Of a stretch of 64,000 nt of DNA, positions 26,110 to 38,244 are shown piece after piece; position 1 is the stretch's first letter; each line of letters starts with the position of its first letter. The stretch comes from Octopus sinensis (taxonomy: Eukaryota). Under the pieces are notes generated by a model that searched no databases, was not told the DNA's origin, and worked only from the letters and a program-made list of their open reading frames with translations. The stretch covers positions 179,676,001 to 179,740,000 of the forward strand of contig NC_042998.1 of assembly GCF_006345805.1 (NCBI RefSeq), in the 5' to 3' direction. The position numbers and the translations under genes were made by a program.

Positions 26110-26450
26110 GGGCAAGTGTCTTCTACTATAGCCTCGGGCCGACCAAAGCCTTGTGAGTGGATTTGGTAGACGGAAACTGAAAGAAGCCCGTCGTATATAT
26201 ATGTATATATATATATATGCGTGTGTGTGTTTGTGTGTCTGTGTTTGTCCTCCCCGCCATCGCTTGACAATCGATGCTTGAAACCGATGTTTACGTCCCC
26301 CGTAACTTAACGGTTCGACAAAAGAGACCGATAGAATAAGTACTAGGCTTACAAATACTAAGTCCAGGGGTAGATCTGCTCGACTAAAGGCGGTGCTCCA
26401 GCATGGCCGCAGTCATGACAGAAACAAATAAAAGAGTAAAAGATAAAGAG
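26110..26450 (+). mobile_element. SINE-B, 5'-truncated
   Basis: Begins at 'gggcaagtgtcttctactatagcc' and ends with an 'aaagagtaaaag' tail. Confidence 0.9.
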
Positions 26451-27251
26451 TGTATATATATATATATATATATATAACGGTAAACTTTATGAAAATAGAC
26501 AAAAGACGAATATTTGTACATATTGGTTGTGTTTATTAAACAGACGCTGAAAATTTTGATATGTGTACGAAATTGTGCCTATGCATGTATGTATGTATGT
26601 ATGTGTTTATGCATGTATATATGTATGTACGTGCGTAATGTATGTATGTATTTATGTATGTACGTGCGTTATGTATGTATGTATATATGTATGTACGTGC
26701 GTTATGTATGTATGTATGTATGTACGAGTGTGAGTATGTGCACGCTTGCATATACACACACGTTGTTTTATAAACACTTCAATCGTAAATTCAACAGTAG
26801 TCATAAACACATACATGCATCTCCACATAAGCACAATCCATGAAAATACGTGTCTATTGTCACACAATATTATACATAGGATACATCCCATCGATTGTGA
26901 AACATGTCTTGAACCCTGTCTCCCTCCTCGCTTTATAAAACCTTTTCTTCGGTATTTTATTGTTACTGCTCATGTATCTGAAATCCTCAATAGGGATACT
27001 ACTTAATACCATTAAGAAAGATGCTGATAAAATATTTCATCCAATATTTTTGGTTTCTCGGAATACGAGTAAAATCGATGCGAGAAACATTGAACAAAAG
27101 TAACAGAATTTGTATAAAGAGGGTGGGACTGCAAGTTTCCCTTTTTTTTTGTATAACTTTCCTCCAAGGATATTAAATTAATAACAGTTTTTGTCTCTAA
27201 AGCTGTCTTCGTTTTACAGTTTTTTTCTCTTTTCTTCTTCTTCTTCTTCTA

Positions 27252-27298
<47 letters not shown>

Positions 27299-27302
27299 CA
27301 TG

Positions 27303-27760
27303 AGGCGGCGAGCTGGCAGAGTCTTTAGTACGCCAGGCAAAATGCTTAGCAGTATTTCGTCCGTCTTTATGTTCTGAGGAAATTGCCTTTCCTCTTTTTG
27401 GGGTCGATAAATTAAGTATAAGTGATTCATTGGGGTCGATATAATCGACTACTCCCCAAAATGACTGCCCTTGTGGAAAAATTTGAAACTGTTCTTCTTC
27501 TTCTTCTTCTTCTTTCTTCTTCTTCTTCTTCTTCTTATTATTATTATTAAGGCGGCGAGCTTTCAGAATCGTTAGCACGCCGATCGAAATGTTTAGCAGT
27601 ATTTTGCCCGTCGCTAGATTCTGGGTTCAAATTCCACCGAGGTCGACTTTGCCTTTCATTCTTTCAGTGTCGATAAAATAAGTACCAGTTGAACGCTGGC
27701 GTCGACGTAATCGACTCATCCTCTCCCCCAAAATTGCTGTTCCTGTGGCAAAATTTGAAG

Positions 27761-27793
<33 letters not shown>

Positions 27794-27998
27794 TATTAAG
27801 GCGACGAACTGGCAGAATCGTTAGCACACCGGGCGAAATGTTTAGCGGCATTTCATGTTCTCTGTTCAAATTCTGCCGAAGTCGACTTTGCCTCTCATCT
27901 TTTCAGGGTCGATAAAATAAGTACCAGTTGACTACAGGGGTCAATGCAATCGACTTACACCTTCCCTGAAATTGCTGATCTTGTGCCAAAATTTGGAT

Positions 27999-28000
<2 letters not shown>
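27303..28000 (+). mobile_element. Three tandem SINE-A variants separated by (TTA)n/(CTT)n tracts
   Basis: Heads 'aggcggcgagct' or variants at about 27303, 27550 and 27798, each preceded by (tta)n. Confidence 0.9.
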
Positions 28001-28029
<29 letters not shown>

Positions 28030-28689
28030 CATTATTGATGTTGTTGTTGTTGCTGTTGTTTTTATTTTCATTTTGTTATATCCGGAAAAGTTAAGTAATT
28101 GTTAAAAAAAATGTCTTTGCACATCGAAATTTTTCGAACGAAGCCGGGTTTCGCGGGTTTTATATTTCACGTTACAACTGTTAAGATATCAAATATTCTT
28201 ACATGTATAAAATTAGTTATTTCTTAAGTATCTTACGCATTTCTTCTGAAATGGATACAAATTAAAACTACATGCTCATAACATCGATACAGGAAGATGT
28301 TTGCGTGAGTCACTCTCAAGTGGCGAATGAAAGCTCTCTCTGTCTCCTATATACGCTTTCGCAAGCAAAAGACAAACTATATAAACGAATTAATTTGGCG
28401 ACAAGATGTCTGATATGTTGCATAAATCACAGCAAGCAGTTGAAACATTCAACATTGCATCACGTTGAATTTATAAATTTATGCGTTTAAACAGAATCCA
28501 TAACAGAGAATAAATCCTCAATGAATACAAGACGAAACTTCGGTGCCAATCTAAAATAGGTTTGGGTATTATGGAATTAGCATTATTTAAAGATAACACA
28601 GCATTCAAATGGAAGAGAACACAGGCATATCATGCTCTTTTCTATGTCACTGTGATCTTCTTAATATATATATAAATCAAATATAAAAT

Positions 28690-28812
28690 ATAAATTACAA
28701 AGTGGGACAAGAACGCAAAAACACACAAAGAGACGACACAAAAAAACAGACGGGTCACTCGAAGCCTCTAATCTTCAGTCGGAACCAGATCATCTTAGCA
28801 ATTTCGGCTGTT
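28690..28812 (-). mobile_element. (TA)n-embedded short element, probable Penelope-like fragment
   Basis: Bounded by (TA)n. Reverse complement contains 'cagccgaaattgcta...ctgaaga' followed by a T-rich stretch, the same style as the other TA-associated fragments. Confidence 0.4.
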
Positions 28813-28830
28813 TATATATATATATAATAT

Positions 28831-28862
<32 letters not shown>

Positions 28863-29194
28863 CATATATTAATTTTGTTTACGTATAGCTTAATGTAATT
28901 TTCGTTTGTCTGTTCCTGTCTTTAATATGCTCTTTCTTTATAACCTCTTTAGATTGTTTAGTCAGGAACTCTCCTACGAGAAAAAAAAATACAATCAGTC
29001 ACTTCTAAAGAGGAGGAGAATCGTCTCCTCGATTATTTACAGACAGATTAAATACTTTCTTATCTTACTTACTCGGCAGATTTTCTCGATAATTACCAAA
29101 GTGAAGATAACAGGCGTCGGACTTGGTAATATGCATTGCGGGTTCAGCTGTCACCACCATTGCAGATGATGGACAATTTAAGTAACACACAATA

Positions 29195-29581
29195 TCTCTC
29201 TCTATATAAACGGCAGTTTGTCTGTGCGTGTTTCTGTGTGTCTGTTTTCTCGTACCCTCACCCTGACCACGGCTTTCAACCGATTCTGATGAAACTTGAC
29301 ACACACATAGCCCAATGTCATAATTCAAAACTAACGCAGCGAAAATTTTGAAAAGTTCCCCCAGTTCTGAAAAAAATCGATAAATTCGACATGGGGTCGA
29401 GAATAAAAAAAAACAAACCACAGACTGTCTAGGGGACGCACTCAACCTTTTATTACTCTCAAAAAAAAATTTACCATCATTTTTTTTTCCATTTTTTTGC
29501 TATTTTTTGGCTATAACTCTCTAAAAATGCTTTATAGTTATTTCCCTTACAAACCTGAGCAACGCCGGGCGATACTGCTAG
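29195..29581 (+). mobile_element. Non-autonomous Helitron
   Basis: 5' TC start after A; 3' GC-rich subterminal hairpin (cctgagcaacgccggg, 29554-29569) about 12 nt before terminal CTAG, followed by T. No TIR or TSD. These are the canonical Helitron termini. Confidence 0.75.
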
Positions 29582-30158
29582 TAGCATATAAATTATTTCC
29601 CATAGCGTTTATTGATAATTGCTTTAATTTTTTTTAAGACTATATTGAATTCCTGAAAATTAGTAATATTAGATATTTAGAGATTTAAACGATAATTAAC
29701 AGTGCTGAAATCCATATCCTAAATATCATGAATGTACATGATCAAGAGTGTCAAGATAAATTGATGTTTTAATGACTCTGGCTCTTCCTTGTGATATTTC
29801 AACCACTAAATAACATAGCCATTGTTAGATATTACAATTTTAGTTATTTGTATTGCTTCTCTTACTTTTCCCCTTTCGTGAATCGAAGCATTGACGTACC
29901 ACAAAAAGCGACAAACATTTAAACACTTGACTAACATACGTATATAATCCAATTAACAGGAGAAAAAGAAAGAGTTTAGCACATCTTTAATGGCCAGTTG
30001 TGTAATTGTTCCGGCCCTAATCTATTTCTAACGCCATTGCAGGCAAAAATTTAACGTAAAATGTTACGTAGTATTTTCGGTTTTATACATGAGAGTGGCA
30101 CTTCATCAGGCTTGCATGAAAAGTACCTCGTAGTATTTGGGGTACTTTATTACACACA

Positions 30159-30189
<31 letters not shown>

Positions 30190-30324
30190 ACACATACATA
30201 CATACATACATACATACATACATACATACATACATACATACATACATACATACAAACAAACAAACAAAGAAGCGTGCAAGTAGAATCATTACTGCACCGA
30301 ATAAAATGCTTTAACGGCTTTTTT

Positions 30325-30470
30325 TTTTTTGAGATCAAATTCGCCGAGATCCACTTTGCCGTTTATCCTTTCAGGCTCGATAAAATAAGCACCTGTTGAG
30401 ATCTGGGGTCGATCTAATCGACCAGCCCTTTTCCCAAAAGTCTCAAGTATTGCGCCTATAGTAGAAAGGA
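30325..30470 (+). mobile_element. SINE-A variant, truncated
   Basis: 'gagatcaaattcgccgagatccactttgcc...ctggggtcgatctaatcgacc...gtagaaagg'. Confidence 0.8.
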
Positions 30471-30667
30471 TGGTACATACATTTAAATGTTTCTAAAATG
30501 TGTATGTTCTGTCAAGAAACAATAGCAGATAATATTCGAGAACTACTGCTTTACAATCAGTCAGAAACAGGATATTATTTAAACGATGACGTTGTCGGAG
30601 GTGGGAAAAATTTGAGTAAAGTGTTACAAGACGATAAAGTAGCAGGAGAAATTATAATCTAGATTTT

Positions 30668-31081
30668 GGATCTTTTCGGTTTGAACGGCAGTTTTTTTTC
30701 TAGCGGTGTCATATGAAATTCTCATCCATAATTATGACTCTAGTATCGATCTATTGCATTTCAATCTGTTTTAGGGTTAGATAGGGTTAGGGTTAGGGTA
30801 GGGGGAAGGATATCTTTTTTTCTTCACAAATGTAAATAAACCCAATCTGTTTCATATTCATACGGCACAGAATGTTTTTAACTCAATAGACGTCAGTGAT
30901 TGGTTGAAATTTCAGAAATTGAAGAAAAAAAACAACAAATATCTTACAAACTATAGAATTTTCTCAATAAAGCCAAGAGAAAAAGATGTTTTATAAACAC
31001 ATTCTACCAGTATACGAAGTTTAAAATTTTTTAGTTACCTAGAAATTATGTTAAAAACTGCCGTTAAAACCGAAAAGATCC
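30668..31081. mobile_element. MITE, 414 bp, about 29-bp TIRs, 8-bp TSD, internal TTAGGG repeats
   Basis: TIRs ggatcttttcggtttgaacggcagttttt / aaaaactgccgttaaaaccgaaaagatcc (1 mismatch). TSD tagatttt at 30660-30667 and 31082-31089. Confidence 0.92.
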
Positions 31082-31584
31082 TAGATTTTCTTTTCCTGTC
31101 ATCGCGGCGGTTAAGTGCAGTGATTCTGGGATAGCAGCAGTAGAAGAAATCATCAAAATTTATACATGAACCTTATAAAGATTTATAACACAAGTAAAGA
31201 CAGGTTGGTTCATCATCTCAGTTTTTGGTATCGTTGAAGTAATCTAATGAGAACAGGGACATAACGCTATGTTACAACAATATGTTTTCGAGATCTTAGG
31301 TGCAGAACAAGGTTAATTAAGAAATATCCTAACAACAAAAGGCAGTTAGTATGATTGGACCAAGTTTCTTTAAGGCGAGCGATAAAATTTCCGGTAATCC
31401 GTTCAGGGATGAATATTTTAATGAAACTAGATCCCTGCTCTCAGCCTATCCGCTTTACTTAAAGTAGATTTCGTCAGTAATTTGTTTGTCGAGGAACACT
31501 TATCAGTGATAAGTGAGCGTTTTCTGCTAGTTTTATGACAAAAAACGAAAAAAGAGTGTTTTTCTTTTTGAATAAAGCGTCACG

Positions 31585-31873
31585 GAAGAAGAAGAAGAAG
31601 AAGAAGAAGAAGAAGAAGAAGAAGAAGAAGAAGAAGGAGGGAAGGTTGAGGAGAAGAAGAAGGAGAAGAAGAAGAAGGAGGGGAGGTTGAGGAGAAGAAG
31701 GAGAAAAGAAGAATAAAAAGAAGAAGAAGGAGGGGAGGTTGAGGAGAAGAAGAAGAGAAGAAGAAGAAGAAGAAGAAGAAGAAGAAAAAGAAGAAGGAGG
31801 GGAGGTTGAGGAGAAGAAGAAAGAGAAGAAGAAGAAGAAGAAGAAGAAGAAGAAGAAGAAGAAGAAGAAGAAG
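31585..31873. repeat. (GAA)n tract with a higher-order unit 'gaaggaggggaggttgaggagaagaa' x4
   Basis: Directly visible polypurine tract. Confidence 0.92.
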
Positions 31874-32579
31874 AGCTGCATGCAGGTCAGGAAAAAAATA
31901 AATGTTTTATTTTAGATGGAATGTCTGCAGCAGAAAGAATGAAGGAAGGAAGTGAATGTAGAACTCGAAAAGGGAATGAAGAATTACCACCACTCTAATT
32001 CCACTTGAACTTTGACAAATTACAAACCTACCAAACAAACTTAAACTCTGCCGCGTCTTGTGATTTTCTTAAGACACTAACAACAGTTCAATTTGATTTT
32101 CTTCTCCTCTGTTTCGAGAGGAACAGTAAGCAATTAGAGGTTAGCTGTTGGCATTCACAGAAAATTAAAACAAATCTATTACATGAAATTATTTCTCTAC
32201 TTCCTGTTGTGCAAAAAAAGAAAAAAACTATGACATTTTTAAATGTCAATGCGTCAAACGGTTCATAATAATAATAATAGAATATATAATAATAATAATA
32301 ATAATAATATAATAATAATAATGATAATAATGATATAATAATGATAATAATAATAATAATGATAATAATGATAATAATAATATAATATAATAATAGTAGT
32401 AATAATAATAATAATAATAATGATATAATAATAATAATAAAAATAAAATAATGATAATAATAATAATAATAATGATAATAATATAATAATTCTAATAATA
32501 ATAATAGTAATAATAATAATAATGATAATAACCGTAAGTAGTTTTTTTAGGCATTTCTTAAAGACAAACGAGACTATAT

Positions 32580-32610
<31 letters not shown>

Positions 32611-33517
32611 TACTATATATACATGCACATGCACACCACACACACACGTGTGTGTGTATATGTGTGCTGATGCATCTAAGTGTGTACAAAATTTTCTCTT
32701 CCTCGTATATACATACATCTTAGAGAAGAAATTTTTGCGGAAATATTCCTATAATTTTAACCTTTGGTCAACTTAGTTACAAATGTTGGAATGTAGGACT
32801 TACAAGTTGTGTGCATGTGATGGTAATGCGAAGCTTCCATAAACGAAAGGCTAAGCAAAAGAATCCCTGCCACTAATGTTATTGGTTACAATAATGGTAC
32901 TCTGCTTAGTCCAAGTACCAAGTAAAGAGACAAAAAAAAAATACCGAAAAATATAGCGATAATCTAGTAAATCAGCAAATAAATAAAGTTGCTTAAATTT
33001 TCCGAAAAGAAATGGATTCTGGCGAAAGTGAATCGAACGCAGGCCCTCACAGATACGAATCGAGCTTCATAACTTCACAGTCATCTTGCCCATAGTAAGA
33101 TGCAGCACAGGTTGTATATTATCTGAGCTCATCCGACCACCGTTTCAGCATCACCATTATGTTATAATTTGCTTGGTTCGACCGAAATCGGTCTACTAAA
33201 AATAGTAGCAACATATGATTGAAATAATATCCTATCGCTCTAATTACTGAAGGACACAGAAGATTAAGTAGTTTTAAATACACTAAAGCTGTAAACAAAA
33301 CAAAACAAAACAAAAACAAAGATGGCATAGTCACAGTTGGGGTATCTGCCCCATTAGGTCAGCCCTTACCGAACAGATCCAAGCACCAAACAACCCACAC
33401 GGACTACTACAACTAACTATACTACTACCTACTACTACTACCGAACACTCTCTCTTCAGATAGAGAGAAAGTAATATAGATATCGATGGAATTTAAGTTC
33501 AAAACTCTGAGGCCTTG

Positions 33518-33557
<40 letters not shown>

Positions 33558-33560
<3 letters not shown>

Positions 33561-33736
33561 GTAATGCAATACTAGAGTATTGCTTTCCAGTAAAGAATAG
33601 CCCGTGAGGGAAAAATTACAAGAAGTAAATATATGGCACAACGAAGTACCGATATTTACTGGAAATAGCGAACGTAATAATGTATAGCTTCACCGCGTAA
33701 ATATCGGTACTTCGTTGTGCCATATATTTACTTCTT

Positions 33737-33740
<4 letters not shown>
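33558..33740. mobile_element. (TA)n-embedded element with a perfect 40-bp inverted repeat
   Basis: Arms 33620-33659 and 33697-33736, 37-nt spacer, (TA)n on both sides. Confidence 0.65.
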
Positions 33741-33793
<53 letters not shown>

Positions 33794-34989
33794 ACAGGGA
33801 CATCTAATCTGTGTGTTCACATGGCAGAGGCACCCGCAAAAGATGCTATTTCTTCTCATTATGATACAGTTCTTGTAACAGAATCACGGTATAATCTGAT
33901 CGTAATTTGTTTTCAAACCTAATTAATCCACACTCGAAAATAAAGATTAAGTAAGATTGAAGTCGTATTTGCATAGAAATTACTTTAAAGTTTCTGCTTT
34001 TATAAATACCGGATTAGTAGATTTATTCTCTAAGTGAACGGTCCTAGCTTACATAAGCTCAAACGATCGGGTTTATTCAGGGGAAAGAAAAAGAGAGAGA
34101 GTTTACCTAATGTCCATAACATTTTAAAGGGTATTCGTGACAGTAATACAATGCTCTACATCCAGCCGGGGCTAGTGAGCGAGTGTGGTATGGTAATGTA
34201 CTATGCTTTCGCTAATTGTTTTCGGTGCTTATGAAGCCGCGAGCAGATAAATGCATCCTCACGGCCCTTTCACATTTGACTCAGCGGATCATCAATAATG
34301 TAATAATACTTGGTGGGAGAAGGGAGCTGTACCAGCATCCGGTCGACACTAATTTTCAGCTGAACAAATTTTCAGCCGAATAATGTGAAATAAAGTGCCT
34401 TGGTTTAAAAGACATCTCACGCCCGGTCCAGGAATTGATCCCATGACAACACGGTTACGACTACGTATTCACCTTAGCGACTAATTAAAGTAAAATGCCA
34501 GCGGTGAGCGCATTTAGCAGAAACTGGGGCACTGACATGATTGTCTGGTTTTATACATACATACATATACACACACACACATATATATATAATAGAGTTG
34601 CTATTATGCAAAAGTGTCGTAAGTCCAAAATGTTGCTTTTTCAGAAAACGAAAAAATAGTTTCACCATTTCGTAACAAAACCGGTGTACTACAGTTTGAC
34701 AATTTTTGATATCTTGGCATCTGAAGCAGCTGGAGATACGATAGTTTGACCAAAAGAACCGGCTATTGCAAGCAAAAATAAATAATGAAAGAAACTCATT
34801 TGGCCAAATTTGGACATACGCGACAATAGTTTATATGTCTCGTCGGTCAGTTCTGACCTGGGGCTAAATAACAACAACAATAATAATAACAGCAACAGCA
34901 GTTGATCTTAATACCAAGCCGACAAGAGAACAGGCCATCTCTCTCTCAAATCACATGCGTAAAAGAAAACTAACGTATGGTTTTATGGA

Positions 34990-35111
34990 GAGGGAGGGAG
35001 GGAGGGAGGGAGGGATGGATGGATGGATGGACGGATGGACGGATGGACGGACGGACGACGACGGACGGGACGGGACGGGACGGGACGGGACGGGACAGGA
35101 CAGGACAGGAC
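34990..35111. repeat. Graded compound microsatellite GGGA > GGAT > GGAC > GAC > GGGAC > GGACA
   Basis: Directly visible. Confidence 0.92.
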
Positions 35112-35303
35112 TGTATTATCGTCGCAGTTGGAATGCTGTTGATCATAAATCTATTCGATCTAAACAACAACAACATCAACAACACCATTATCCGATCCGA
35201 AAGATAAACATCTGCCAGTTTAGAACTTGAACTCACCAACCTTAGCCTCCACAGAAGCTAATCGCTCCTTCCTCCTTTTCCTCTTTTCTGCACTTTTCCC
35301 CTC

Positions 35304-35336
35304 TATCCGATGAGAGGCTATGCTCGAAACGTCATA
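35304..35336 (+). ncRNA. Minimal hammerhead-like motif in a Penelope-like remnant (about 35255-35465)
   Basis: TAT-CCGATGA-GAG-GCTATG-CTC-GAAAC-GTC-ATA: one substitution from CTGATGA, GUC cleavage triplet, palindromic ACGT stem III. Confidence 0.55.
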
Positions 35337-36098
35337 TTTTTACTCCTATTTTTCCATCAAAACTTTCACCGGGTGTCAGTCTAATATATTCACTGTGTAT
35401 GCCTGATTGAATTTTGTTGATTTTTTTCTAATTTTTGTTTGTTCTTGATTCCTTGCTTTAACTACATACTCTTGACTAGATGAACTTAACACCTAAGTGG
35501 ATATATTTCACCCTCTAATTATAAGTGCTGATGTCTTCCACATCTAAAGGTACATAGTCCAAGTTCAATCTATACTACTGGCTGTAATAACATTCATACA
35601 CAAGTGCTCTCTGTGGCTTCTTTAAGACCGCTCCTAACAACAACAAATTCCTAGGATAATGTTGTCATTTTCTCACTAGTTCTATAATAAAACAACGACA
35701 AAAACGCACAAAATAATTGAATAACATCAAATGATTTTCTTGAAGAGCAAAAATAAGAGGTGAAGGAAATAAAACTGATATATGTTGTGTGTGTGTGTGG
35801 TGTGTGTGTGTGTGTGTGTGTGTGTGATGGACAAGGTCAAGATCTTCTTTTGATGTTACCTTCACATGACTAAAGATCAGCAGAGCGGAAGTCTTTGCTG
35901 TAGGAGGGAGAAACAGGAAGAGGGATAATGCAGGAATAAATTGATGGTACCATGAGAAATAGAATTCAACACTTGACGATGAATGCCAGTCGTTGAGGCA
36001 TCTTCTCGAAAAAGATTTCTTCCGGCGTAGACGCAGCAAATCGGTCTTTTCATTGCTTGCCTTACAATCACCACCATCACTAACAACACCACCAAGCA

Positions 36099-36239
36099 TG
36101 CATACATACATACATACATACATACATACATACATACATACATACATACATACATACATACATACATACATACATACATACATACATACATACATACATA
36201 CATACATACATACATACATACATACATACATACATACAT
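36099..36239. repeat. Long perfect (CATA)n
   Basis: Directly visible. Confidence 0.97.
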
Positions 36240-36446
36240 GCGTACTACGTACGTACGTCGTACGTACATAATCAAGCGTGCATTGCTTTAAACGAAATAC
36301 CAAAGTAGACTCATAGTAGTATTTCACAACATCTAGTAAAGCCACACACACACACAAACTCGTTCTTTTGCTTTCTTTCTCTCTCATTTCAAGCAATATT
36401 CATGCAAACAGGATGCAAGTTCGAATCTTTATACATTCATCCACTC

Positions 36447-36860
36447 CTATTTCTTTACTACCATACAAGGGGCTAAACACAGAGAGGACAAACAAGGACA
36501 GACAAACGGATTAAGTCGATTATATCGACCCCAGTGCGTAACTGGTACTTATTTAATCGGCCCCGAAAGGATGAAAGGCAAAGTCGACCTCGGCGGAATT
36601 TGAACTCAGAATGAAGCGGTAGACGAAATACCTATTTATCTACTACCCACAAGGGGCTAAACACAGAGGGGACAAACAAAGACAGACAAACGGATTAAGT
36701 CGATTACATCGACTCCATGCGTAAGTGGTACTTATTTAATCGACCCCGAAAGGATGAAAGGCAAAGTCGACCTCGGCGGAATTTGAACTCAGAATGTAGC
36801 GGCAGACGAAATACCACTAAACATTTCGCCCGGCGTGCTAACGTTTCTGCAAGCTCGCTG
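36447..36860 (-). mobile_element. SINE-A head-to-tail dimer
   Basis: Two body/tail units joined at 'gacgaaatac|ctattt' near 36631; single head ending near 36860. Confidence 0.93.
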
Positions 36861-37614
36861 TCCCAAAGCACAAATGTATAATACACAAATGCACAACATA
36901 AACTGAAATTGTTTTAGCTGTGATTTAAGGGTCAAGAGATTCATGCCAAGGTACTTGTGAAAGGTACTACCACGGTTATATGTGTGTGTTTGTAAAGGTA
37001 TACGTATACACACACAGTTCTCTCTCTCTCTTTCTCTAGCACTAACACATGAAAGTATATTTATGTGTCTATGTCTATGCGAATCTAAATTGATTTAATG
37101 CAATGATGTGTGCTTAGAAACAACATTCCCACTATGGGAATAACCTTCCCTATTCAGATCTAACTAGCTTTTGTGGTTACCCCAATAAAATTCCAATGTT
37201 GTAACATGAGTTGGTGTACAGGAACGGGCCTCACCTTCAATTGACTTGGGATTTCATATTTCTGAGAAGGAGCTTGGCCATACGGACTGCACGCCTCTGA
37301 TATATTTGGTCGGGTAATTTGCATTCCATTAGGAATAAGGTTCCTCGTCAGAAATACCGTTCTTCTGGAACCTTCTGAACTACTAATTACATAAACCTCC
37401 GGCAAATTTATGGTGATTTCAAAGGTGAAATATTACTTGTAGATTGAATTGGCATTTTAATGAATCATGGTTAGCAGAGGTAAAAGCTCGGATTTATTTA
37501 TATACACACGCACGCACGTACGCACGCACACGCACACACACAAACAAACACACACACACACACACACGTGTGTGTGTGTGTGTGAAAGCAAATGAGGCTA
37601 AAAATTAATAAGAT

Positions 37615-38034
37615 GCGCAGGAGTGGTAAGCAGCTAGGCGCCGGAGTGATTCTGTAGTAAGTAGCTTGCTTATCAACCACATGGTTCCGGGTTCATTCCC
37701 ACTGCGTGGCACCTTAGGCAACTGTCTTCTACTATAGCCTCGGGCCGACCAAAGCCTTGTGAGCGGATGTGGTAGACGGAAACTGAAAGAAGCCCGTCGT
37801 ATATATGTATATATATATATATATGTTGTGTGTGTGTGTGTGTGAGTATATGTTTGTGTGTGTGTGAGTATATGTTTGTGTATATGTGTTTGTCCCTCCA
37901 ACATCACTTGACAGCCAATGGTAGTGTGTTTACGTCCCAAAGAATAAGTCCTGGGGTCGATTTGCTTTCGACTAAAGGCGGTGCTCCAGCATGGCCGCAG
38001 TCAAATGACTGAAACAGGTAAAAGAGTAAAAGAG
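37615..38034 (+). mobile_element. SINE-B with a small insertion in the head and an internal deletion
   Basis: Head, CORE-like segment, (TA)(TG), tail 'gtaaaagagtaaaagag'. Confidence 0.9.
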
Positions 38035-38183
38035 GAAAGAAAAATCACCGCGCTAAGACACGTGAAATGCAATTTATTGATAGGTGAATATTTTGTGATA
38101 TTTCATTAATTGGTTGATTATTCAAACACTTGCGCATGTGCGTTCAATACATACATACATACATGCATAGCAACCATTCTGTG

Positions 38184-38244
<61 letters not shown>

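Noticed and set aside
30771-30805. True telomere or chromosome-fusion relic
   Set aside because: Only a few imperfect TTAGGG units, enclosed within a MITE that has TIRs and a TSD.
35665-36396. Longest ORF (243 aa, minus strand)
   Set aside because: Held open by (TATG)n and (CA)n tracts. The unique middle has no recognisable motif. A small exon cannot be excluded but is unsupported.
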